NCBI GenBank assembly: GCA_031411335.1 | Contig: JANOAX010000001.1 | Location: 1 to 15,646 of the forward strand | Direction: 5' to 3' | Origin: Bacteroidota bacterium | GTDB lineage: Bacteria; Bacteroidota; Bacteroidia; AKYH767-A; OLB10 | Length of the DNA: 15,646 bases | Program-made: the position numbers and the translations under genes | In this document: positions 7,493 to 14,760 of the stretch, piece after piece | Layout: the number at the start of each line of letters is the position of its first letter | How positions within the stretch are numbered: the stretch's first letter is position 1 | The notes under the pieces: model-generated | Databases searched by the model: none | What the model saw: the letters and a program-made list of their open reading frames with translations, nothing else | What the model was told of the DNA's origin: nothing

Positions 7493-8983
7493 ATGAAAAA
7501 AACAATCCTCTTCCTTTTATTTATATTGCATGGGGTGAATGCTTTTTCGCAAGGGTTTTATAATCACCAGTGGTTGTTGGGAAGTTATTTGTTTTTTCAA
7601 GATCCGAAAGGAAGATTGGTTTTTGACTCTAGTTCTTATACTCATATTCCTGAGAATAGGAAAATGGTATTTAATGGAACAGAAGCTACTATTTGTAATA
7701 CACAAGGGGATTTTTTAATGAGTAGCAACGGGACTTGGATTGCTAATGCTATTAACGATACGATGATGAACGGGAGCGGTTTAAATCCGAATGGAATCAC
7801 CTCTAATTGGGCATCTGGATTACCAATGATAGGTAACAATGTACTCTTACCTTTTCCTGGAGATACTACAAAATATATTTTATTTCACCATACTGCTACT
7901 ACAAATGGAATATCATACACAGCGAATGAACTGTATTATTCAATTATCGACATGTCCTTGGATAGTGGTTTGGGTGGAGTAAGTACAAAGAATGCACTTG
8001 CAATTACAGATACAATGTCATTTGGTATTGGTTGTTGCAAACATGCAAATGGAAGAGACTGGTGGATATTCATGGTAAAACACAACAGCAATGAAGTAAA
8101 TGTTTTATTATTAACAACTCAAGGAATAACAAGCTTTACGCAACAAAATCTAAATGCACCAATAGCATGGTACAGTTCTTCACAAATTGTTATGTCTAAT
8201 TCAGGAAATAAAATTTCTTATGCTGTTTACGAACAAAACACAAATAATAGTTCAATAGTTATTGCCGATTTCGACAGGTGCACAGGAATTCTATCAAATA
8301 GTTTTTCCTTGCAACTAACACAAAATGAATATTTGTGGGGAATGGTTTTTTCCCCGTCAGATGAATTTATATATTCGTGTAGCAGTAATCACATTTTTCA
8401 AATAAACGCAAGTAGTCTTTCTATAGACACAGTTGCTACTTATGACGGCTTTATCTCCCCTCCTAATCTTACATGTTGCGCTACATCTTTTTGGAATATG
8501 TATTTAGCAGCAAACGGAAAGATCTATATCACAAGTGGTAGCGGAGTACAACATTTACACGAAATGAATTTTCCGGATAGTGCTGGACTTGCTTGTGATG
8601 TTCAACAGCATGCTATCAATTTAGGATATGCTCAATTAAGAGCTGTCCCCAATCACCCCAATTATAATTTAGGTCCTGTTGTAGGAAGTGTGTGCGATAC
8701 ATTGAGTGTTGGGATAGCAGAGATAAAACATGATTTCAAATTCAGCATTTCGCCCAACCCAACAAGTGATGGATATATTAAACTCATGTATCTTTTACCG
8801 CAAAACAAGAATGGTGAGTTTGAAGTTTATGACATGAAAGGTCAATTAGTTTACAGGATGAATTTACCTGCATGGAGTACGCTGCAGATGGTGAAGTTGC
8901 CTGAGTTGAGTAATGGAGTTTATACTTGTGTTGTAAGGAGTGGGTATGAATGGGTGGGGAGGAAATTGGTGGTGGTGAAGTGA
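7493..8983 (+). CDS. Secreted protein with a T9SS type A C-terminal sorting domain; N-terminal region of unknown function
   Basis: ORF track starts at TTG 7484, and the ATG at 7493 (MKKTILFLLFILHGVNAFSQ) gives a clean signal peptide. The C-terminal ~80 aa (FSISPNPTSDGYIKL...FEVYDMKGQLVY...LSNGVYTCVV...RKLVVVK) fit the Por_Secre_tail pattern. Confidence 0.8.
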   Translation: MKKTILFLLFILHGVNAFSQGFYNHQWLLGSYLFFQDPKGRLVFDSSSYTHIPENRKMVFNGTEATICNTQGDFLMSSNGTWIANAINDTMMNGSGLNPNGITSNWASGLPMIGNNVLLPFPGDTTKYILFHHTATTNGISYTANELYYSIIDMSLDSGLGGVSTKNALAITDTMSFGIGCCKHANGRDWWIFMVKHNSNEVNVLLLTTQGITSFTQQNLNAPIAWYSSSQIVMSNSGNKISYAVYEQNTNNSSIVIADFDRCTGILSNSFSLQLTQNEYLWGMVFSPSDEFIYSCSSNHIFQINASSLSIDTVATYDGFISPPNLTCCATSFWNMYLAANGKIYITSGSGVQHLHEMNFPDSAGLACDVQQHAINLGYAQLRAVPNHPNYNLGPVVGSVCDTLSVGIAEIKHDFKFSISPNPTSDGYIKLMYLLPQNKNGEFEVYDMKGQLVYRMNLPAWSTLQMVKLPELSNGVYTCVVRSGYEWVGRKLVVVK

Positions 8984-9304
8984 GTAGGCTTTAACTATAC
9001 TCTTTATGGCACGCTGATTTATTAAGATGATTATGATTTATTATGATTGATTTCGTCTAATTTGAAATTCTAATTTTGAACACGGATGACGCGGATAAAT
9101 TGGATTTTCACGGATTTATTTTGTCCTTGAAAAATAATTTCATTCGAAAGCGGTGCGGTGGGCCGTCCACGCAACAGCGCGAACCGAGATTTTGCCAATT
9201 TCAATTTTGGTTCATCTTGAAATTAGATTATAGCAATCTATTTATAAGTATTGGTAAATAACTTGGGCAAAAATCGGTTGGTGTTGGGTGGCGTGCTTTC
9301 TTTG

Positions 9305-9335
9305 GTTACTTTCTTTTCACGTAAAAGAAAGTAAC
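9305..9335. repeat. Perfect 13-bp inverted repeat with a 5-nt loop (GTTACTTTCTTTT cacgt AAAAGAAAGTAAC)
   Basis: Read directly. It lies in the 464-nt convergent intergenic region and has no flanking T-tract on either strand. Confidence 0.75.
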
Positions 9336-9447
9336 AAGTTAAAAAATGACTGTAAATTTATTTTTGAAACAACAAATTCTATTTTACTTAAACTAAGAGA
9401 ATGCAGCCTATTAAAATTAATCAATAAAAATTAATAGCGATTTACAA

Positions 9448-9936
9448 TTAAGGTTCCTTAATTGTAATTGCCCCACTCGTCACTGTATTACTTTTATTCC
9501 CCGCTCGATCTTTTACATAAACAGAAAAGGTGGCGGACTGTTGAGCTAGGCTGGTGTCGGTGCGGGCAACGGAATTTAGTACGACTTGCAAAGTGCCTTC
9601 AATGGCAATGGCAGAACCTGTAGGAGCTAATTGTTGAATGCGATAATCGTAAATAATGCCGATGCGATTGTCGGTGATGAATAAATTTTTAACGTTCGGA
9701 TTATTTTCTCCTAAGTCGCCGTCGTTGTCGCGATACTTGATATTGAAAACGAGTGAATCTTGAAACTCAACAACCATCTGCGGCGTAAGTGAAAGCAATT
9801 CTATGGAAGGTACTTTATTTGCAAAAGGATCATCGTCTTTTTGGCAGCCGGAGCTCCCTAAAATTCCAATGCCTATGAGCAACAACAAAATTGAAGGTCG
9901 CTTGAATATACTATTAAGTGAATGGATATTCATCAT
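9448..9936 (-). CDS. Small lipoprotein with a DNDGD motif; last gene of the five-gene cassette and paralog of 5458-6009
   Basis: 162-aa ORF. Lipobox GSSGC followed by QKDDD. Shared blocks LVFNIKYRDNDGDLG and FSVYVKDRAGNKSNTV match the 183-aa paralog. Confidence 0.7.
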   Translation of the reverse strand: MMNIHSLNSIFKRPSILLLLIGIGILGSSGCQKDDDPFANKVPSIELLSLTPQMVVEFQDSLVFNIKYRDNDGDLGENNPNVKNLFITDNRIGIIYDYRIQQLAPTGSAIAIEGTLQVVLNSVARTDTSLAQQSATFSVYVKDRAGNKSNTVTSGAITIKEP

Positions 9937-9942
9937 GAATTT

Positions 9943-10917
9943 CTATTGGACAATAAATGCAAAATACGTTTTATAAAAATCGGGCGATTGATTTTTGGGC
10001 AATTCACTTGGCAAAGCTTGAAATCCATCGTTCATATATACTCTGAAATAAATGGTAGTTCCTACACTCCACTGACTCGTATTTATAATGGCTTGCCAAT
10101 ACGGAAATGGAATAGGTGTATTCCAAAATGCATTTATCGTTTGTGCACCCACAAAATTATTAGGATCTAATGACCATTTAATTTTATGCTCGGTAAAATC
10201 GATGGGATCAGTAGCCGTAGTTCCATCTGCGGTATCTAAAGCCACTAAAACAAGATACATGGATTTATTCGCAGGAGCATAGAAAGGCATATAACCAATT
10301 CCATTTTGTCGAACTGTATCTAATCGAGTGTATAAAGAATCGGTTGCAATAAATCCAACAATATTAGGAGGAAGATTTGGTTTTTGCGGTAATACTCCAT
10401 CAACATCGGGACACCCATCCTGAATCCACTTTCTGATATTACCCATATCCGCACTCCCTAATCGAACACCATTTGACGGCATGTAATCGGAAGTGCTCGT
10501 TGTTAATCGCTCAATCAAGAATGAGGTTGCTTCATTATTTGGAATGACACGGTAATTAAAAAAATTAATGGAGTCGAGTGTCTTTTTATTTACACCCATA
10601 TAAATCAAGGTTGAAAAACTACTTTGCACCGTTCTGAAATCGGGCTCAAACGTACCATCATGACAACCGGGATTTGCACATTTAGGAAAGAAAATATTTT
10701 TATGGAGACCTGTGATGGAAGCAGGATCCGGAACTGAATCTTGATTGCCACCGTTATTATAATTCACATTGTCGTAAGGATTATCTGGTGTCTCTTCTTT
10801 GGTACAAGATGAAATCATCATCACAAATAAAAAAACCATCCACCCAACCATCACAAAAACAAAATATTGTTTTTGGAATTTGAATGCTGATGTGATTAGG
10901 TCAAGTATTTTTTTCAT
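9943..10917 (-). CDS. Lipoprotein with an N-terminal PSCyt-like (planctomycete cytochrome-c-like) module carrying C-x4-CH; C-terminal half unknown
   Basis: The longest ORF reaches 10956 but overlaps the upstream gene by 28 nt. The ATG at 10917 (MKKILDL...MMISSC TKEE) is more likely. The module reads IFFPKCANPGCHDG...RVIPNNEATSFLIERL...YMPSNGVRLGSADMGNIRKWIQDGCP. This parallels the PSCyt1 pattern C..CH...vvpG.pe.S.L..r....MP....L...e...l..WI..GA. Confidence 0.6.
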   Translation of the reverse strand: MKKILDLITSAFKFQKQYFVFVMVGWMVFLFVMMISSCTKEETPDNPYDNVNYNNGGNQDSVPDPASITGLHKNIFFPKCANPGCHDGTFEPDFRTVQSSFSTLIYMGVNKKTLDSINFFNYRVIPNNEATSFLIERLTTSTSDYMPSNGVRLGSADMGNIRKWIQDGCPDVDGVLPQKPNLPPNIVGFIATDSLYTRLDTVRQNGIGYMPFYAPANKSMYLVLVALDTADGTTATDPIDFTEHKIKWSLDPNNFVGAQTINAFWNTPIPFPYWQAIINTSQWSVGTTIYFRVYMNDGFQALPSELPKNQSPDFYKTYFAFIVQ

Positions 10918-10928
10918 TCCTAGATGGT

Positions 10929-12266
10929 TTAGAAGAATGCTTGTGCTAAGTCGCACTGATTAAAATTCTTTATACCCGCACTCGCCGGGATACTATTATC
11001 GAAACCTAAAATATTAGCAATGGTGGGTACAATCTCCGTACTTTCTCCACTCACACTATTCACCACGAGTCCTTGCTTAACTACAGTTGGCGGACCCACC
11101 ACCAAACAAAATATTTCTCGTGCCATTTGATCACCACTCACCCCATCGGAAGGAGAAGTATGATCTAAAGCCAAACGACCGTATGCATCGATGGAAGTAT
11201 TCGGACTGAAATTTCTTCCATGCTCGGGTGCAATGACCATCACTGTATCGTTAGCCATACCAGGTGTACTTTGAATCACGTTCCACAAATGCGCAGCTGC
11301 CCAATCGGCTTTACGTAAATTGTTGGCGTACGAACTAAAATCAAAATGACCTATATCTACATCTTGCATATTCACCGTGAGCAATTCAGGTTTGAATCGC
11401 TGAATAATTTCTTCGGCAAACATCACATTGAACATATCGTTATTCATGGATGCGCCAACACCCCAAGGATTGACATATTGCCCCGATTGTGCCTTGGCAT
11501 ATAAATCGCTAATAAACTGTTGCACCTGTGCTGCTTCTGCTGGAGAATTCGTAATTCCTGCAGATGGATTCGTATAACTCTGATCAAAGTTTCCATTCGC
11601 AAAATTTCGGATACTTGCAAATGCAGCTTGCTCATTCGTGGTGAAAGACGCAGGATTTCCTAATGCATTAAACCCATCTTGAGAAATTAAAAAATTAGGA
11701 GAGATGAAATTCGCTCCATAACCAGCACCGTAGTTGGGATCGCTCGAATAATTCAATGCAGGATAAGGTCCGAGTGTATTCGCTACCCACCAACAATTCA
11801 ATGCCGTTTGTTGCGGACTATTATGCTTTCGATAATATTCAAAGATAGTAGGATTACGAGGAGACTCACGAATATTTAAATCGGTGCTTACGTATTGACC
11901 TGTCACGGCAACTGTGTGTCCGTTGTAATGTCCTGTAGGACCTTCCTTATAACTAAACTGACGAAACAAAGTACCATAATTTTGTAATGGTTGAGAAAGT
12001 GGTCCAGGAGGAAGAAAATCCATCGCAGGTAAAATATCATTTGAGATTGCACTTCCACCACTCAACATATTCGGCATTAAATTGCCGTCGTTAAACTGCA
12101 CCGATTCCAGATTACGCACACCACCTGCAAAAAGCAAGAATACCACATGATTCACTTTACGCAAACCACTCGCTGCAAACAGTCGACCACCCGGCAATAA
12201 ATACGGAGCTGCCATGGCTCCTGCAGCGGTAAGTCCTACATTCCTTATAAAACGTCGTCTATCCAT
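10929..12266 (-). CDS. Tat-exported DUF1501-like protein (alkaline phosphatase/sulfatase superfamily)
   Basis: 445-aa ORF. Twin-arginine signal MDRRRFIRNVGLTAAGAMAAP. Blocks NHVVFLLFAGGVRNLES, TVMVIAPEHGRNF and LDHTS parallel the DUF1501 blocks (vvv.l.GG.d.l / sEFGR / tDHg). Confidence 0.6.
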   Translation of the reverse strand: MDRRRFIRNVGLTAAGAMAAPYLLPGGRLFAASGLRKVNHVVFLLFAGGVRNLESVQFNDGNLMPNMLSGGSAISNDILPAMDFLPPGPLSQPLQNYGTLFRQFSYKEGPTGHYNGHTVAVTGQYVSTDLNIRESPRNPTIFEYYRKHNSPQQTALNCWWVANTLGPYPALNYSSDPNYGAGYGANFISPNFLISQDGFNALGNPASFTTNEQAAFASIRNFANGNFDQSYTNPSAGITNSPAEAAQVQQFISDLYAKAQSGQYVNPWGVGASMNNDMFNVMFAEEIIQRFKPELLTVNMQDVDIGHFDFSSYANNLRKADWAAAHLWNVIQSTPGMANDTVMVIAPEHGRNFSPNTSIDAYGRLALDHTSPSDGVSGDQMAREIFCLVVGPPTVVKQGLVVNSVSGESTEIVPTIANILGFDNSIPASAGIKNFNQCDLAQAFF

Positions 12267-12279
12267 TTCCTTTTATCAA

Positions 12280-12768
12280 TTAATAATAACGGTACTCATT
12301 GGAAGTCATCAATGCATACCAAATTACTTTGCTCGTCATGGATGCATTCAACCTGATTTGTTCTTTCAAATAATATTTCTCGAATGCATTGGCATCGCGA
12401 TTAAATAATTTTTTGTATGTATTATTAATATACAAAACGGTGTCGCCAGCAACATTTGTTTGCGCTGGAATTTGCACTCCTGATTTTGAAAGGAAATTTA
12501 ACAAGATGCGATCTTCAATCATTTTCTTATCTCCGAAAGCAACGTACACTGTATTCAACTTACTCAATTCTTGCTGTGGAATTTGTGTTCCGAAAAGATC
12601 GGCCCAAGCGATGGTTAAAAATTCGACGGTACTCTTGGCATTCGACTTTATAGTTCCCGGTGATTGCACCGCTACTGGATTTACCTCATACAAATAATCA
12701 ACTTCCTTCTCACAGGAAGTGAATACGAGAGAACAGATAACGAATACAAGGGTGTTTATTCTTTTCAT
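12280..12768 (-). CDS. Lipoprotein with two DUF4214-like helical repeats
   Basis: 162-aa ORF. Lipobox LVFTSC followed by EKE. Repeats are VEFLTIAWADLFGTQIPQQEL and LYINNTYKKLFNRDANAFEKYYL, and the protein ends in SNEYRYY. Confidence 0.55.
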   Translation of the reverse strand: MKRINTLVFVICSLVFTSCEKEVDYLYEVNPVAVQSPGTIKSNAKSTVEFLTIAWADLFGTQIPQQELSKLNTVYVAFGDKKMIEDRILLNFLSKSGVQIPAQTNVAGDTVLYINNTYKKLFNRDANAFEKYYLKEQIRLNASMTSKVIWYALMTSNEYRYY

Positions 12769-12777
12769 TTGTATCTC

Positions 12778-13650
12778 TTATTTAATTCCAACAAACTCAT
12801 CGGTCGCCAATACATCTTTTTGGACTGATTCAAAATTCAAGGTGTTTTTATATTTCAATGCGGCCTCACTCATCTCAATTGAATTAGGAGCACGCAATAA
12901 ATAATCATTAAATATACGAATGACAGATCCTTCAAAATAATCATTGGAATTAAAAAAGATGTTGAGGTAATCTTCTTTTGAGGCACCTGCTTGCAAAAAC
13001 AAAACGGCATTATTTCCGCCAATCATTCCAACTCCGCTTAACAGTTCGGAAAATGTGGGGTTCCTATACAGAAAATGTTGAAATGAAGAAAGAACAAAAT
13101 TATCGGCCCCCATATTAATTTGATCATAAAAATAATTATTTAACATATACGATTGCAATTGTCGAATTGAAATGGTACCAGCCACGTAATCATAGGAAGC
13201 ATTGTATAAAGAATCTAATCGATCTTTTTCCAACTGCAGCGCAGGCCATACCGTGATATAAGTAGAATCATTTAGGAAAAAATCGAAAATGGCCATTTGA
13301 GTAATCACATCCGATGAATCGGTGCTTCCCAACAATTGAATTCTCCACTTTTCTACTTGACGCCATTTATAATCGGATAAAGAAAAAACAGAATTCAAAA
13401 AATTATATCGACTCGGTACATCTAGCCCATGTGTTTTTAAACTGTCTACTGCTTTCTGGAATTCTAATACACTGGGCTCTCTACCTAACACGAGGATATA
13501 CGACTTGTTTACATAATCTTCATAAACATTCGATTCAATCGTAGTGTCAGGAGGCGCTATATTGCCAGTGATCGTTTCCAGCTCCGTCTTGGTGCAGGAA
13601 TTCAATAAGAAAACAGCAACAAGAAACACTCCTATTTTCATGCAATTCAT
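12778..13650 (-). CDS. Lipoprotein with three DUF4214-like helical repeats; first gene of the cassette
   Basis: 290-aa ORF. The start is ATG 13650 or, more canonically, ATG 13641 (MKIGVFLVAVFLLNSC TKTE). Repeats are YVNKSYILVLGREPSVLEF, FVLSSFQHFLYRNPTFSEL and VIRIFNDYLLRAPNSIEMSEAA...VLATDEF. Confidence 0.55.
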   Translation of the reverse strand: MNCMKIGVFLVAVFLLNSCTKTELETITGNIAPPDTTIESNVYEDYVNKSYILVLGREPSVLEFQKAVDSLKTHGLDVPSRYNFLNSVFSLSDYKWRQVEKWRIQLLGSTDSSDVITQMAIFDFFLNDSTYITVWPALQLEKDRLDSLYNASYDYVAGTISIRQLQSYMLNNYFYDQINMGADNFVLSSFQHFLYRNPTFSELLSGVGMIGGNNAVLFLQAGASKEDYLNIFFNSNDYFEGSVIRIFNDYLLRAPNSIEMSEAALKYKNTLNFESVQKDVLATDEFVGIK

Positions 13651-13747
13651 ATCCCAAATTTAACGATTGACTTTATTAAACGCAAAAGTCCCTTAAAAAC
13701 TTATGCACGATCAAAGATTAAGAGAATATTTATCCAGCAAAGTTTAA

Positions 13748-14107
13748 TTAAGACCTGAAACTAGCGGCCAGCAGCTTGCATTCAATTACCTGCGACTGAT
13801 TGAATTCCAAGGTCATCTTTTTGTAATTCAGTAGATCTATGATGGTTCCAACGAAGCAGAGACCAGCCGTAAAAAAATACAGAATACCCATTCCAATTTG
13901 TCCGAGAATAAATCTTTGAACACCTGCCACTCCCACAAATCCGATGATACAACAAATTAATATCGTTTGTGGATCCTTTCTTCGTCCTTGATAAAGCAAG
14001 AGAAAATTACGTTGAGCATCCTCGCTCAAATCCTTTATTGCTTCTTGAATAAAAAGCATTTCTTCCGATTCAATTCCGGGTAATGAGAGTAGTAAATTTT
14101 TATCCAT
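13748..14107 (-). CDS. TM2 domain-containing membrane protein
   Basis: 119-aa ORF. CCIIGFVGVAGVQRFILGQIGMGILYFFTAGLCFVGTIIDLL matches the TM2 pattern (G.hrFYlG....Gil..lT.G...iw..iD). Confidence 0.8.
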   Translation of the reverse strand: MDKNLLLSLPGIESEEMLFIQEAIKDLSEDAQRNFLLLYQGRRKDPQTILICCIIGFVGVAGVQRFILGQIGMGILYFFTAGLCFVGTIIDLLNYKKMTLEFNQSQVIECKLLAASFRS

Positions 14108-14124
14108 GATTATTTAGTTAACAA

Positions 14125-14454
14125 TTAATTTACATTGAATTTTAGTTGATATCTCGAATATTCCAATCGAAGCAATTGTAGGATGCGATGCAATAAAACC
14201 ATCAACCCAAAACCGCCGAGAACATGTGCATTCCAAGATTGTAAGAATTCCCCATGCAATAAGAATGAAATAGAATGACCTATGCCACATCCCGGACACC
14301 AGACAAAACCTAGCCAATTAAAAACACAAAGACTCATGTGCTCTGCATGCGGATCAATCCCTGCTAAATACAAAAGCGAACCGATCCATACAATCAGCTC
14401 TAGCGGGAGTTTTTTAAGGATTTGCATCCGATAAATATAGAATTTATCTAACAA
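14125..14454 (-). CDS. DUF2752 domain-containing membrane protein
   Basis: 109-aa ORF from TTG 14454, though the ATG at 14426 (MQILKKLPLEL) is a likely true start. CVFNWLGFVWCPGCGIGHSISFLLHGEF fits the DUF2752 core (C....tG..CPgCG.tR). It lies 17 nt upstream of the TM2 gene. Confidence 0.75.
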   Translation of the reverse strand: MLDKFYIYRMQILKKLPLELIVWIGSLLYLAGIDPHAEHMSLCVFNWLGFVWCPGCGIGHSISFLLHGEFLQSWNAHVLGGFGLMVLLHRILQLLRLEYSRYQLKFNVN

Positions 14455-14523
14455 ATACCAACATCTTAGTCGATTAAGTTTTCCGGAACGTATTAATTAT
14501 TCTCCGAATTGAAACTCAATTTT

Positions 14524-14600
14524 AACACTAGAGGGCACTAAAGGTCACTAAAGATCACAAAAGTCATTCTCAAGTGCATCTCGTGACCTCTAGTGCCCTC
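14524..14600. repeat. Short form of the palindromic 10-bp-repeat element, same family as 5223-5452
   Basis: Sequence is AACACTA GAGGGCACTA AAGGTCACTA AAGATCACAA AAGTCATTCT CAAGTGCATC TCGTGACCTC TAGTGCCCTC. Outer arms GAGGGCACTAAAGGTCAC and GTGACCTCTAGTGCCCTC are inverted. Both arms align with the arms of the long copy, without its ~150-bp interior. Confidence 0.75.
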
Positions 14601-14649
14601 GTATGTTTGTTTTCTTAAATAAAATCAAGAATTTTAATGTTCTTAAATA

Positions 14650-14760
14650 GGTGAGGAGTGGGAGACGATTAGTGCCTAAACAACCGCAAAGGTATGTTGA
14701 ACTAGAGTTATATCCCCACTCCTTTTACTCTTTAGAGCCTGAACAGAATCTAAAGCTATT
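14650..14760 (+). ncRNA. Candidate IS110 bridge (guide) RNA region in the left end
   Basis: A 9-bp perfect stem AGGAGTGGG/CCCACTCCT (14654-14662/14715-14723) encloses a 52-nt loop. A second 7-bp stem-loop is CTTTAGA/TCTAAAG (14730-14736/14749-14755). The loop contains TAGTGCC (14670-14676), GTATGTT (14692-14698) and ACTAGAG (14701-14707), which match the flanking junction. Extent and transcription are not established. Confidence 0.35.

Noticed and set aside
6817-7839. ORFs 6817-7125 (+), 7517-7705 (-) and 7642-7839 (-)
   Set aside because: They are antisense shadows within the M16 peptidase and T9SS cargo genes.
9076-9261. 61-aa ORF (MNTDDADKLDFHGF...) in the convergent spacer
   Set aside because: It is a translation of the phased GGAT word repeat and GC-rich hairpin. 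This is the typical false ORF produced by such repeats.
9305-9335. 13-bp perfect hairpin as an intrinsic terminator
   Set aside because: The stem is A/T-rich and there is no U-tract on either strand. It is kept as a repeat, not called a terminator.
9922-12904. ORFs 9922-10170, 10088-10282, 11444-11635, 12214-12408, 12389-12697, 12456-12653 and 12719-12904
   Set aside because: All overlap the tightly packed minus-strand cassette, either antisense or out of frame, and none has signal peptides or motifs.
13314-13544. 76-aa plus-strand ORF
   Set aside because: It is antisense within the 290-aa lipoprotein gene.
13655-13662. TAAATTTG (minus strand) promoter-box match upstream of the cassette
   Set aside because: It lies only 4 nt from ATG 13650 and 13 nt from ATG 13641. 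That is too close to assign confidently, though it may still be real if the 13641 start is used with a very short leader.
14114-14317. 67-aa minus-strand ORF
   Set aside because: It is out of frame inside the DUF2752 gene, which carries the recognisable CPGCG motif.
14531-14600. Decamer repeat run as a possible CRISPR array
   Set aside because: The repeats are 10 bp, degenerate and contiguous with no spacers. They form an inverted-repeat palindrome, and no cas genes are present.
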